Positions 45,968 through 56,761 of a stretch of 64,000 bases of DNA are shown here, one piece after another; positions within the stretch are counted from its first letter, which is position 1; the number at the start of each line of letters is the position of its first letter. The notes beneath the pieces are model-generated. The model saw only the letters and a list, made by a program, of their open reading frames with translations, ran no database searches and was not told the origin of the DNA. The translations under genes were made by a program, and so were the position numbers. Source of the stretch: Nitrosopumilus sp. (GTDB lineage Archaea; Thermoproteota; Nitrososphaeria; Nitrososphaerales; Nitrosopumilaceae); the NCBI GenBank assembly GCA_965205675.1, contig OZ242186.1, positions 672,001 to 736,000 of the forward strand, written 5' to 3'.

Positions 45968-46400
45968 TTGTTGAAATCTAGATTTACAATTAAAATGATG
46001 ACGCTAGTGAATCAGTTTAAATCTAAAATATTAAAATCATTACAGAAACAATCTGCTAAGGGATTGTTATTATCTGCAGATAACGCATCATACCACAAAA
46101 CTAGTAGGGTAAAAAAGTTTTTCAAAAAATCAAAAAGAAATGTAATCATCAGATATTTTTCTGCATGCATGTCAGAATTAGACTAAATTGGAATTCATGG
46201 GGAGAAGAGAAAAAGAAGAACTGCAATTTAACACAGTTGAAAAAATATCAAAACAAGGAAAATACAAACTGCTAGTCTCACAGCATCAACTATCTCTGAG
46301 GAATTTGAAAAATAACATCTCCAAATATTATGGGACAAAAAGATTCAATTTGAATATTCTAAAGTTTATGCAGCCAAAAGATGAACTCATCTTCGAAAGT
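45968..46400 (+). mobile_element. IS630-family transposase remnant
   Basis: LLSADNASYHKTSRVKKF...ELD fragment with stops. Confidence 0.6.
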
Positions 46401-46583
46401 ATACGTTTGCAATCCCATTGCCATTTAGTTGAATTCTTCTAATTCAATGTCATTTTGAAGTTCTTTTGGCAGTCCTAGCCACCATTCTTTAGTATTTTTA
46501 GATATATTTACACAAATCTAAAGTTGCTAATAGATCTGTTGGTTAATTCTTCAAAGTAACTATTAAAGAAAATATGACAAAAT

Positions 46584-47051
46584 CTAATCTTTAATGTATT
46601 TGGTATTTTCCTCTGATTCTTTAATTTTAATTATTACTGTATCTCCTAATCTGTTAAATATTCGCTGACGTTTTTCATTAGTCAATATTAATCCAATAAT
46701 CACATCTATGGGTAATAGAAATGATTTACCAAAACTACTGATTAAAATATTCTTTAAACTTGGATTTGAGTTATCAATATTCTTAATTTTCAAATTCAAA
46801 ATTTTTTTCCCTATGCTTTGCCCTGTTTTGTATTCTAAAATTGTCCAATATGCAAAAAATAAGATGCTAGTTGGAATGTATTGGATGTTTTCTCCAAAAA
46901 AGCCATCATCATTAAATTCATAATCTATAGTCCCAAAGGATAAAAAAATAATTGCTGTAGAAATTATAGAAATGATGATAAAATCAATTAACCATGCAAG
47001 AAATCTGTCTGTCCATTTAGCTAAAACTATGTTTGACTCTGATTCACTCAT
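46584..47051 (-). CDS. RDD family membrane protein
   Basis: RFLAWLID, GQSIGKKIL, QRIFNRLGDT. Confidence 0.9.
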   Translation of the reverse strand: MSESESNIVLAKWTDRFLAWLIDFIIISIISTAIIFLSFGTIDYEFNDDGFFGENIQYIPTSILFFAYWTILEYKTGQSIGKKILNLKIKNIDNSNPSLKNILISSFGKSFLLPIDVIIGLILTNEKRQRIFNRLGDTVIIKIKESEENTKYIKD

Positions 47052-47322
47052 AAGTTGATCTATTGTATCGAATTAATAAAATGTGTTAATCTTTAGCTAA
47101 TGTCAATTGCGACCCAGTAACTTTATTCTAGGTTGTCTAAAGTTCTGCATGAACGCAAAATTTACAATATCTTGTGTTTCTTGTGATGATAAAATTCAAC
47201 CCCGAAAAGAGATCTCAAAAAATAAAGATGAAAGTTGGATTCACAAACATTGTGTTGAAGATTCTGAGGGCCTGCCTTAGAAATTAAATAGTCTGTTCTT
47301 TTCAATACTTTTAGAATTCTTT

Positions 47323-48156
47323 TTGACATCGATAAATCCTCTTGATCTATTTTTATGGACATTTCGTAGAAATGAAAAAGATGTGGTTAATCTCTATACC
47401 TCCCTTTCCCCTGTCATGCAATTAGCTACTGGCGGTACCATGCTAAACTTTGGTTTTTGGTCAAAAGATCACTCTGATCCAATTTCTGCTCAAAATAATT
47501 TGTGTACAGTTTTTGCTGATATGGCAGAGTTGTCTTCTGCAAAATATGTAGTTGATGTTGGTAGTGGGTTATCTGCACCATCAAAATTCTGGCGTGATTC
47601 ATATCCTCACATTCAACTGTATGACGTTAATGTTAATTTTAAGCAACTAGTTTATTCTATACCTGAAAAAAACATTGAATTTCTAAATTGTACTTCTACA
47701 AAATTGCCTTTCTCTGATAATTCTGTAGATCGTGTTTTGGCATTAGAATCTGCACAGCATTTTAAACCTCTATCTGATTTTATTTCTGAATCCAAAAGAA
47801 TTTTAAAAAAATCTGGGTTGTTTGTTTTGGCAGTTCCTGTAACTGTAGATAATCCATCCTTTAGCAAATTGGGTCTTTTAAAATTTACATGGTCTTCTGA
47901 ACATTACGCTATTGACTATCTTAGAGAATTGATTGCATCTTATGGATTTTCTATTATGGATGAAAAATTAATTGGTTCTAATGTTTATGAACCTCTATCT
48001 GATTATTATCTAAAAAATAGAGAACAATTACGAGCGTCTATTTTGAAAAATTATCCATCATATGTGGAAAAAATACTATTCAAATCTTTGAAAAAAATGA
48101 AAAAAGCATCTGAAGAAAAAATTATTGATTATGTTTTATTGAAATATCATTTATGA
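47323..48156 (+). CDS. Class I SAM-dependent methyltransferase
   Basis: MLNFGFW, VVDVGSGL, LPFSDNSVDRVLALESAQH. Confidence 0.9.
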   Translation: MTSINPLDLFLWTFRRNEKDVVNLYTSLSPVMQLATGGTMLNFGFWSKDHSDPISAQNNLCTVFADMAELSSAKYVVDVGSGLSAPSKFWRDSYPHIQLYDVNVNFKQLVYSIPEKNIEFLNCTSTKLPFSDNSVDRVLALESAQHFKPLSDFISESKRILKKSGLFVLAVPVTVDNPSFSKLGLLKFTWSSEHYAIDYLRELIASYGFSIMDEKLIGSNVYEPLSDYYLKNREQLRASILKNYPSYVEKILFKSLKKMKKASEEKIIDYVLLKYHL

Positions 48157-48787
48157 TTAAATTCTGATTATATCTGTGGAAATTAAACTCTTAATGGTTT
48201 GCAAATATTTTGATTTTCAAATCTTTTTCTCTAGTATCCGACTAGTTGCAATTTTTCACCATTCTGGTATTTCTATTTCATGTATGCTCATATCATACTC
48301 TGTATCAAAAAAGCCTGCGTCTGTGATTTTAGTTTCTTTTTCTATTCTCAAAACTTTTTGTTTCATGAAACCAAAACTAAATTTCTTTCTTCATGAATAC
48401 CATCTCATGTTATATGATTGTAGGGCATTACCTATCTTGAGATTTGGATAGTCTGCATGCCTGTTGTGTTGATGTACCTGTCCCCAAAAGTTGATATTCT
48501 TTATAAAAAAACTCACAAAGTTTTAAAATATCCTTTGTTGTGTTTATTTCAAAATCTGGAAATGATGTGTATGTGAATTTTCAGTGAGAACACTTACAAT
48601 TGCTAATATCGTCATTGATTGTTAAAACCAATGATCTTAATAATACCCTGTCAAGTTTTTGCTTCTAGTTCCATGTAAAAATCTCTTACACTTGTGGTGA
48701 TAATATGACATTATTATTCTGAATTTGATTCCATCTTTTTTTGACTATTGACTAGGTTTTTATTTTTGATGTATGCTATGAATTGTA

Positions 48788-49168
48788 ATGTCAAGTGGTG
48801 CAGGTCTTGAATTATATGATAAAAAATGTGATCAATTACTTGCCGAATCAGAGATTCGATTTGCTGGTATTGTTGATAAAGATGGTCAATTGATTGCTGG
48901 TGGATTCAAAAAAGGCCTAATTCCTCATGAAGGTGATGAGACTAGATTACAATCTTTTCTAGAATTTGTTTCAAAAGCCTCTATCAGAAAAGAATATGAT
49001 GAGAGCTTGGGGCCGATTAATTATCTTGCTGCTAGGAGAGATAAGGCAGTTTTAGTAAGTTTCCCATTTCCTATAACTCAAATTTTACTGTTAATTTCAG
49101 CTGAGCCTTCTGCCAACATCGAAAATTTGGCTAAAAAGGTTGTAGAAATTTTCACTGATGTGAATTGA
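48788..49168 (+). CDS. Thaumarchaeal roadblock/longin-like protein
   Basis: IRFAGIVDKDGQLIAGG...EYDESLG; paralog of 54899. Confidence 0.75.
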   Translation: MSSGAGLELYDKKCDQLLAESEIRFAGIVDKDGQLIAGGFKKGLIPHEGDETRLQSFLEFVSKASIRKEYDESLGPINYLAARRDKAVLVSFPFPITQILLLISAEPSANIENLAKKVVEIFTDVN

Positions 49169-49223
49169 TATACTTGACTAATAGAACGAATTCTTTAATT
49201 ATCCTAAGCGTTAATTTTTAAAA

Positions 49224-50312
49224 ATGACTCGTATAATTTTTGTATTTTTTCTATTTTTGTTGATTCCTGGCAGTTTTGTATCTGCGTTTGGAATGGTAAA
49301 TGATCTTTCTACTAACAAATCATTTTATTATGACGGCGATCAATTAATTGTCTCTGGAGATGTTTCTTATGATCCTTCAATTCCTTTTGTAACTGTACAA
49401 ATTTTTACTCCTGGAAAATCAAATTTTGCTGATTTTGATACAGTTCCTGCAAATGCTGATGGTAGTTTCTCAGCTGCCTTTAATGTTGGAGGTCCTACTT
49501 GGTCTTCTTATGGGATCTATCCAATAAAAATAACATATGGTGGAAATAAAGAAATATCTATCGAGTATAGAGAATCTCTAGAAATTCCCTCTTCTGAAAC
49601 CTCTACGCCTCAAACCTCTACGCCTCAAACCTCTACGCCTCAAACCTCTACGCCTCAAACCTCTACGCCTCAAACCTCTACGCCTCAAACCTCAATTCCT
49701 GAAAATGTCTCAGAACCACTTCCTTTAGAACCTGTTTCCACGTTCAGTATGCTGAAACTACAAGTTCCAAATTTTCCTGCTCTTGATAAATCTCCCCAAT
49801 ACTATATTGATAGATACAATGGTGAATCAAGTTACAAGTCTTGGTTTGATTCACAATTTCCCAATTATTCTATTAATGATGTTGTAGGTTACAAATCAAC
49901 CCAAGTTCCAAATTTTCCTGCTCTTGATAAATCTCCCCAATACTATATTGATAGATACAATGGTGAATCAAGTTACAAGTCTTGGTTTGATTCACAATTC
50001 CCAAACTCTTCAATTTACAATGTTTTGGGATATGCTGACCCTATTTCTGTGCCTGATTGGATTCGTAATAATGCTGAATGGTGGGCAATTGGAGAAATTG
50101 ATGATTCTACATTTGTATCTGGAATTGAATTTATGTTGGAAAATGACATCATTATGGTCTCATCTGTTTCATCTGGAAATTCCTCTGATGAAGAAATACC
50201 TGCATGGATTCGTAATAATGCTCATTGGTGGTCACAAGATTTAATTTCTGAAAATGAGTTTATCTCTTCTCTGGAATATCTTATCCGTGAAGGTATTATC
50301 ACCATAAATTAA
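49224..50312 (+). CDS. Secreted/surface protein with TSTPQ linker and PxWIRNNAxWW repeats
   Basis: Signal peptide, Ser/Thr/Pro linker, duplicated 47-aa module, two thaumarchaeal WIRNNA repeats. Confidence 0.8.
   Translation: MTRIIFVFFLFLLIPGSFVSAFGMVNDLSTNKSFYYDGDQLIVSGDVSYDPSIPFVTVQIFTPGKSNFADFDTVPANADGSFSAAFNVGGPTWSSYGIYPIKITYGGNKEISIEYRESLEIPSSETSTPQTSTPQTSTPQTSTPQTSTPQTSTPQTSIPENVSEPLPLEPVSTFSMLKLQVPNFPALDKSPQYYIDRYNGESSYKSWFDSQFPNYSINDVVGYKSTQVPNFPALDKSPQYYIDRYNGESSYKSWFDSQFPNSSIYNVLGYADPISVPDWIRNNAEWWAIGEIDDSTFVSGIEFMLENDIIMVSSVSSGNSSDEEIPAWIRNNAHWWSQDLISENEFISSLEYLIREGIITIN
49597..49693 (+). repeat. 15-bp tandem repeat (AAACCTCTACGCCTC) x6.5
   Basis: Perfect units encoding TSTPQ. Confidence 0.95.
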
Positions 50313-50360
50313 ATTCTAATTTTACATAGTTTTAATCTAGTGTGTTTGTTGTGTATTGTA

Positions 50361-50816
50361 TTGAAAGCAACATTTGGTGCAGGATGTTTTTGGCATGTTG
50401 AGGACTTGCTCAATAAAACAAAGGGTGTAAAATCAACTGCGGTAGGATACATTGGAGGACAACTTTCTAATCCTACATATGAAGAAGTTTGCACTGACAA
50501 AACCGGACATGCAGAAGCTGTAGAAGTTGATTATGATCCTGACGAGATCTCTTTTGAAGAATTGTTGAATGTATTTTGGTCTAACCACAATCCTACCACA
50601 CTTAACCGCCAAGGCCCTGATGTTGGTATCCAATATCGCTCTGCAATTTTTTATCATAATGAAAAACAAAAAGAAACTGCTGAAAATTCAAAACAATCTC
50701 TAGAAAAATCTGGAAAATATGATGATCCCATCGTAACTGAAATTCTCCCTGCTCCGACATTTTACAAAGCAGAAGAATACCATCAAAAATATTTCAAAAA
50801 ACACGGACTCTCTTAG
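50361..50816 (+). CDS. msrA: Peptide methionine sulfoxide reductase A
   Basis: [25 protein letters not shown]. Confidence 0.96.
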   Translation: MKATFGAGCFWHVEDLLNKTKGVKSTAVGYIGGQLSNPTYEEVCTDKTGHAEAVEVDYDPDEISFEELLNVFWSNHNPTTLNRQGPDVGIQYRSAIFYHNEKQKETAENSKQSLEKSGKYDDPIVTEILPAPTFYKAEEYHQKYFKKHGLS

Positions 50817-50817
50817 A

Positions 50818-51249
50818 TTATTTTACTACTAGTACTGGAATCTTTGATGTGTGGATTACATAGTTTGAGACACTTCCAAAGAACATCTCTTTGGTGGAAC
50901 TTCTTCCTCTTGAACCAATCACGATCAAATCAAATTTGTTTTTTCCTTGTGCTGCTTTGACAATGTTGTATCCTATTTCTCCTCTGGCTATTTTTTCTTT
51001 AAATCCTATTCCATTTTTAGATGCTAGTATTTTTGCTTCATTCATGAATTTTTTGACCTGTGTGTTTAGGGCTTTTTCCACTGATCCTATGCCTCTAAAT
51101 TCTGAATGTGGTGGGGCATAAATTGCATAAAATCCTGTAATTGTGGCTCCGCAACTTTTAGCTAATGTGATTGCAGTTTCTAGACCTCTGATCGAATTCT
51201 TAGATCCGTCTAACGGAACTAGTATTTTTGAAATTTTCTTTTTTATCAC
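50818..51249 (-). CDS. Universal stress protein
   Basis: KILVPLDGS, DLIVIGSRG...FGSVS...PVLVVK. Confidence 0.93.
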   Translation of the reverse strand: MIKKKISKILVPLDGSKNSIRGLETAITLAKSCGATITGFYAIYAPPHSEFRGIGSVEKALNTQVKKFMNEAKILASKNGIGFKEKIARGEIGYNIVKAAQGKNKFDLIVIGSRGRSSTKEMFFGSVSNYVIHTSKIPVLVVK

Positions 51250-51381
51250 AATGATTACTTATTTTTGATATTAAAAAACATACTTGCTATCTTCAAATTA
51301 TTGAAAATCGTTTTGATCTGGATATTTTTGATCGCAGGATTCACCAAAACTTATCTAGTAATAATAATTGTTGCTAAAACA

Positions 51382-52173
51382 GTGGAAGAAAAATTTCTAG
51401 AAATCGATGGACATAAAATTCGATATCTAAAATCTGGTAATTCTAAAAATATTCTTGTATTAATTCATGGTTTGGGCGCATCTGCTGAAAGGTGGAATCC
51501 CGTAATTCCTTTATTTGCAGAACATTTTTCTGTTATTGTTCCTGATTTAATTGGATTTGGATACAGTGATAAACCTACAGTAGATTATACTCCTGATTTC
51601 TTTTCTGAATTCCTTGAAAAGTTTTTTTCTGCTACAAATATTGTAAGACCTAGTATTATTGGTTCTTCTTTGGGTGGACAAATTTCTGCAGAATATGCTG
51701 CATCTAATTCTGATGATATTGAAAAATTAATTCTTGTATCTCCTGCCGGAATAATGAAAAAATCTACTCCTGCACTTGATGCATATATTATGGCTGCATT
51801 ATATCCAAATACTCTAAATGCCAGAAATGCATTTGAAATGATGGATGGTTCTGGAAAAGACATCGAAGAAAATATTGTAAATGGATTTGTGCAAAGAATG
51901 CGATTACCAAATGCCAAACTCGCATTCATGTCAACTATTTTGGGACTAAAGAATTCTGTTTCTATTACATCCAAACTCCAATCTATTGTTGTGCCTACTT
52001 TGATTATTTGGGGTGCAAAAGATCTTGTAATTCCAATTAACTATGCTGATGATTTTGTTTCTTCAATACCTGATTGTAGCTTTTTTAAAATGAATGAATG
52101 CAGTCATACTCCATATGTTCAAGACCCTCCAGCTTTTGCCTCTAAGGTTATAGAATTTCTCAGCAGTAATTAG
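51382..52173 (+). CDS. Alpha/beta hydrolase
   Basis: HGLG, PDLIGFG, GSSLGG nucleophile elbow, WGAKD, C-terminal His; start uncertain. Confidence 0.88.
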   Translation: MEEKFLEIDGHKIRYLKSGNSKNILVLIHGLGASAERWNPVIPLFAEHFSVIVPDLIGFGYSDKPTVDYTPDFFSEFLEKFFSATNIVRPSIIGSSLGGQISAEYAASNSDDIEKLILVSPAGIMKKSTPALDAYIMAALYPNTLNARNAFEMMDGSGKDIEENIVNGFVQRMRLPNAKLAFMSTILGLKNSVSITSKLQSIVVPTLIIWGAKDLVIPINYADDFVSSIPDCSFFKMNECSHTPYVQDPPAFASKVIEFLSSN

Positions 52174-52208
52174 ATCCATTTAAATATCAAATATTCACAC
52201 TGTTACCT

Positions 52209-52634
52209 ATGAGTGGTAATCAAAACCCATATGATCCATCCGAGATGTTTAAATCTTGGATTCAAAAAAGTGGACGTGCTCAGGCAGAATTTATGAAAAA
52301 TTTTGGCTCTCTGATGATAAACCAATCTGGTAAAACTTTCAATCCTTTGGAAACCTTGAAAGGTGTTTCTGATAGTGCACGAAAAACTCAATCTAATATG
52401 ATGGATAACATGTCTGCCATACAAAACAAAAGTATGGATGCTATGTTTAGCATCGGCCAAATGCTTCCTTCTTTTATGAATTGGGGTGCTTACAAAACTA
52501 CTATCAGCAGTAATGGAAGAATCTCTATTCCTGAAGCCGAACGTAATGCACTTGGTTTAGGAGATGGTGATTTAGTCCAAGTCATTATCTTGCCAATGGG
52601 AAAAAAATCTAAAACCAAGGAGGTGAAACAATGA
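52209..52634 (+). CDS. AbrB-domain protein (PhaR-like)
   Basis: ISSNGRISIPEAERNALGLGDGDLV AbrB motif; located in the PHA cluster. Confidence 0.8.
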   Translation: MSGNQNPYDPSEMFKSWIQKSGRAQAEFMKNFGSLMINQSGKTFNPLETLKGVSDSARKTQSNMMDNMSAIQNKSMDAMFSIGQMLPSFMNWGAYKTTISSNGRISIPEAERNALGLGDGDLVQVIILPMGKKSKTKEVKQ

Positions 52635-52780
52635 GTGAAAACAAAACAACAAGTAAGAACGAAACAAGTGATGAGTGAAAACAAAACAATGAGTGAAAAC
52701 AAAACAACAAGTAAGAACGAAACAATGAGTGAAAACAAAACAACGAGTGAAAACAAAACAACAAGTAAGAACGAAACAAC
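52631..52780 (+). repeat. Tandem repeats of ATGAGTGAAAACAAAACA / ACAAGTAAGAACGAAACA
   Basis: Repeated 18-bp units at the phasin start. Confidence 0.9.
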
Positions 52781-53186
52781 TAAGAACACAAAAGATGTAT
52801 TTTCTGTATGTCAAGCAAATGTTGATAAACTTTTCAACAGCATTAGACAATCTGTACCGCAATATCACCAATCAATTACTAACGTACAACAAGAATATCT
52901 ACAAGCATATGAAAATATTGTAGATTCAACTATTGCACTACAAAAAGAATATGTCCAGAAACTAGGTGTCGCCGCAAATATTCCTGAAGCAACATTAAAA
53001 GTAATCAATGATACTTCTGAAGAATTTGTAAAAGCATCATCTATACAAAATCAAATAACTCTTGCAACTATAGATGCAACACAACAAAATATCAAAACAT
53101 TCAACGATAATGCAAAATCTTTTGCTGACCTGAATAGAAATATTCTACAATCTTGGATTTTTGCATTAAGTGCTAAAACTAACTAG
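52671..53186 (+). CDS. Putative phasin (PHA granule-associated protein)
   Basis: Helical Gln/Asn-rich protein downstream of the AbrB gene and next to phaC; repetitive N-terminus. Confidence 0.6.
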   Translation: MSENKTMSENKTTSKNETMSENKTTSENKTTSKNETTKNTKDVFSVCQANVDKLFNSIRQSVPQYHQSITNVQQEYLQAYENIVDSTIALQKEYVQKLGVAANIPEATLKVINDTSEEFVKASSIQNQITLATIDATQQNIKTFNDNAKSFADLNRNILQSWIFALSAKTN

Positions 53187-53212
53187 TAAAAAACTATTTT
53201 TTTTAATTTTTT

Positions 53213-54277
53213 TTATGATCTTTCAACTAGCCATTTCCCTAGCTCTGGCAAAACTTTTTTTTGTGATAATGAACTAGCTATCATTCCTACGTGTCCTGTA
53301 GGATACATTCTCAGGGTCTTGTCTTCACTTCCTATTGCATAATGCAACGGCATACTGCATTCTGGAGAAACTAAATGATCTCCTACTGCAATTTGTGTAA
53401 ATGTCGGCATATCTATTTTCTTTAAATCAATATGTTCTCCACCCACATGCATTTTATTTTGAATTAACAAGTTATCTTGATAGATGTCTTTAATCCATTG
53501 TTTGAATAGTTCTCCTGGGATTGGTGGAGTGTCTCCTAGCCATTTTTCTACTCTAAGGAAGCTATCTACAAATTTTTTATTATCAATATTTTTGAAAAAT
53601 TTCACATATTTTTCAATTCCTTGCTCAAATGGTTTTAGAACTGAGAAACAATAGTACATGAATTCTGGTGGCATATTTCCTATGGTGTCTACCATTTTAT
53701 CTACATCCATATGTTTGGCCAAATTACTAATTACAGTAGTGTCTCGCCATCCGTCAATTACTGGTGCAGTTGCAATGTAATTTTTCACACTCTCTGGATG
53801 CAATGCTGTGTATGCCGTTGCAATTGTCCCTCCTGTACAATATCCTTGCAATGTAATTTTTTCAACAGATGATTCATTTTTGATATATTCTACTGCAGAA
53901 TCTAAATACACGTTTACATAATCATCAAAATCCAAATATTTGTCCATGCTTGTTGGAGTTCCCCAATCTAACATGTATACATCAAATCCTTGTTGAAGTA
54001 GGTTTCTGACCCAACTTTTCTCTGGTTGAATATCTAGTATGTGATATCTATTAATCAATGCATATGAAATCAATAACGGTGTCCTGTGTTGTTTTCTTGT
54101 AAGTGGTTTGTAATGTAACAGTCTAGTTTTATCTAGTTCGTGAACTGTGTCGTGAGGTGTTACTTCTAAATTAATTTCATCTGGAGCTGATACTAATTTT
54201 GGAGCTTCAATAACGTTTTTACTAAATTTTAAAACTTCTTCAATTATTTTTGGATCTATTTTTGATTCACTGTTCAT
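53213..54277 (-). CDS. phaC: Class III PHA synthase subunit PhaC
   Basis: YALINRYHILD, GYCTGG catalytic Cys, DHLV, TGHVG. Confidence 0.96.
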   Translation of the reverse strand: MNSESKIDPKIIEEVLKFSKNVIEAPKLVSAPDEINLEVTPHDTVHELDKTRLLHYKPLTRKQHRTPLLISYALINRYHILDIQPEKSWVRNLLQQGFDVYMLDWGTPTSMDKYLDFDDYVNVYLDSAVEYIKNESSVEKITLQGYCTGGTIATAYTALHPESVKNYIATAPVIDGWRDTTVISNLAKHMDVDKMVDTIGNMPPEFMYYCFSVLKPFEQGIEKYVKFFKNIDNKKFVDSFLRVEKWLGDTPPIPGELFKQWIKDIYQDNLLIQNKMHVGGEHIDLKKIDMPTFTQIAVGDHLVSPECSMPLHYAIGSEDKTLRMYPTGHVGMIASSLSQKKVLPELGKWLVERS

Positions 54278-54845
54278 TTTTAGACTTTCCTTTTTTCTTT
54301 GATTCTAATTCTAATTTACTCATTCTTTTTTTAAGCGAATGTATCTCCTTGTAAACTTCATCAATTTCTTCTTTACTTGGAAGATTAACTGATTGTAATA
54401 CTATGTTTGTAATGTTATTCCAGTGTTTGGTTAATTCTAATTCTTTTGAGACCAGTTTCCCGTAATTCTCTCCGAATTTTTTAGAGTCAAATAATTCTGT
54501 AAAATCATTATCAAAAATATCTATCCATATTCTTTTGAATGCTTCAATTTGCTCTACATCTTGTGGTATATCAGGAGCTTTCAGATTTACTTTCTTTTGA
54601 GCAGTTTCCCATGCGTTTGTCAATTGTTTATAATATTCTGTAAGATGCTTGTTGAATCCCATCAAATCTTCATTAATTTCTATTAGTTCTGTAGTGACTT
54701 TTTTTGAATTTGCTGCAAATGCCCTCATTGGACCTATTGATGCTAGTGCTTGTGGTTTACTTGACATTAGATGTATGATGTCTGTCCAAAATAATGACAA
54801 ATGCTTGTAATAGTCGGTAATGTCTTTTGAGGAATCTGTTTGCAC
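54267..54845 (-). CDS. phaE: PHA synthase subunit PhaE
   Basis: Overlaps phaC; NLPSKEEIDEVYKEIHSLKKR C-terminal motif. Confidence 0.88.
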   Translation of the reverse strand: MQTDSSKDITDYYKHLSLFWTDIIHLMSSKPQALASIGPMRAFAANSKKVTTELIEINEDLMGFNKHLTEYYKQLTNAWETAQKKVNLKAPDIPQDVEQIEAFKRIWIDIFDNDFTELFDSKKFGENYGKLVSKELELTKHWNNITNIVLQSVNLPSKEEIDEVYKEIHSLKKRMSKLELESKKKGKSKNEQ

Positions 54846-54898
54846 AGATATCTATTATTACAGATCGCAATAAATAGTTCTATTACTACATTAGACTG

Positions 54899-55291
54899 AT
54901 GGAAAATCTTGAAGATCTTGAAAGAATCTGTCAGACTATTATCAAATTAGACCCTAAGATGCGCTCTGCTCGACTAATCAATAGTCGGGGCCATCTCACT
55001 GCTGGTGGCATGAAGGAAGGATTGCTCTCACTTGAAGATCAAAAACAAGATGAAATGATGTTCATGGAACTTGCATTACGAGTTAGAATGAGACATGAAT
55101 TTGATGCTGAATTTGGAGAAGTGCATTTTTCAATGTCTTATCGTGATAAAGTCATAGTAATGAGTTTTCCATTAAACAATGATGATGTATTGCTATTATC
55201 TTGTGAAAAAGATATTGATTTTGGAAAACTGCCTTTCAAAGTTTTAGAAATTATCTACACTCTCAAAAAATCCCCCCTCAAAACTTTCTAG
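54899..55291 (+). CDS. Thaumarchaeal roadblock/longin-like protein
   Basis: MRSARLINSRGHLTAGG...EFDAEFG. Confidence 0.75.
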   Translation: MENLEDLERICQTIIKLDPKMRSARLINSRGHLTAGGMKEGLLSLEDQKQDEMMFMELALRVRMRHEFDAEFGEVHFSMSYRDKVIVMSFPLNNDDVLLLSCEKDIDFGKLPFKVLEIIYTLKKSPLKTF

Positions 55292-55728
55292 TCACAACAA
55301 CTTGATTCTTTTTTTTAATTCTTAATCCTGTATGAAGAACAGTATGTTAATTGGAGCCAAATTGATTCTAGTAAATGTACTTTTAGATATTCTTTTAAAA
55401 TACAATTAAAAATTTTCAATTATTACTATGTCAAGTAGAGGTGGATTAATTTCTTTTTGATTCTTGGCAGTTCGTTTAGGCGTTGAAATAATTTTTATTG
55501 ATAAAAAAATAATTTTCTCTGATTCTTTATTTGTTGATAATATTTATGACTCTGGTAAAAATTCTGAAAAAACCATTTCCAAAGTCGATGATCTTTTAAA
55601 ATTACTCTATATTTGCAAGATGTGGGAAAGAATATTCTTTACAGTTAATTTATGATAAACAGAGCATTAATGATGGATATGTTGTTTCTTCTTGGAATAA
55701 ATTTGCAATCTCTGAAAAGTATATCTGT

Positions 55729-56643
55729 TTATTCTTCTTTTAGCATTTGTTTTAATCCTGCACATCTATTTCTGATAGTTACTTCGGTAACTCCTGATGC
55801 AATTGAAATATCTTTTTGAGATTTGGTTTCCCCTGTACTAATACATGCAAGGTATAGTGCAGCAGCAGCGATTCCCATAGGATCTTTTCCTGCAGCCATC
55901 CCTTTCTCTTTTGCTTGATTTAGAATCGTGATTGCTTTGCGTTTGCTTTTTTCACTTAGCTCTGCAACACTTGCAATTCTAGATATTCCTTTTACTGGAT
56001 CAACTACTGGCATTTTTAACTCAAGCTCTCTGAAAATTAATCTATAACATCTTGCAACATCTTTCCTTCTGATGTTTATTCCCTTTGCAATATCGTCCAA
56101 AGTTCTTGGTGTCTCTGTATTTCTACATGATGCATAAAGACATGCTGCCACTAATCCTTGAATTGAACGACCTCTGACTAGTTTTTTCTCCATGGCCTTT
56201 CTGTAAATGTAAGCTGCTTTTTCGATTACTGCATCAGTTAAAGCCAATTTGTCTTTTAGTTTATCCATCTCGTTTAGTGCTTGTCTCAAATTCCTATCTG
56301 CAGAAGAATGCGCTTGACTTCTACTATCCCATGTTCTTAGTCTTTCAATAGAACTTTTTACACTTGCAGCCAATGGTTTTCCTGTGGCATCTTTGTTTGC
56401 AGCACCAATGACTGTTGATAATCCCATATCGTGCATGGTCAAAGATGTACCTGCACCGGTTCGAGCTTTGGTTCCTTCATCATTTGAAAAAGAACGCCAT
56501 TCGGCACCTGTATCTGCAATTTTGTCTGTAACTACTAATCCACATTTACTGCAGAATAATTCCCCTGTATTTTGATCTGTAACCATTTTCTTGTCTCCAC
56601 AAGATGGACATTTTGGACCGTTCATCATTGGATTTTTAAGCAT
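55729..56643 (-). CDS. tfb: Transcription initiation factor IIB
   Basis: CPSCG zinc ribbon, EWRSF, two cyclin repeats, GVTEVTIRNR. Confidence 0.96.
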   Translation of the reverse strand: MLKNPMMNGPKCPSCGDKKMVTDQNTGELFCSKCGLVVTDKIADTGAEWRSFSNDEGTKARTGAGTSLTMHDMGLSTVIGAANKDATGKPLAASVKSSIERLRTWDSRSQAHSSADRNLRQALNEMDKLKDKLALTDAVIEKAAYIYRKAMEKKLVRGRSIQGLVAACLYASCRNTETPRTLDDIAKGINIRRKDVARCYRLIFRELELKMPVVDPVKGISRIASVAELSEKSKRKAITILNQAKEKGMAAGKDPMGIAAAALYLACISTGETKSQKDISIASGVTEVTIRNRCAGLKQMLKEE

Positions 56644-56761
56644 ACTATTTGATTATGATCAAGTGCCTTATTATTCATTTTACCAAATATCTGCAGGTTA
56701 GTTGTATGTAGGTTAAGCTAACCTTTATTCTATTTTTCTAGAATGTCTTAATTTTCTAAAT

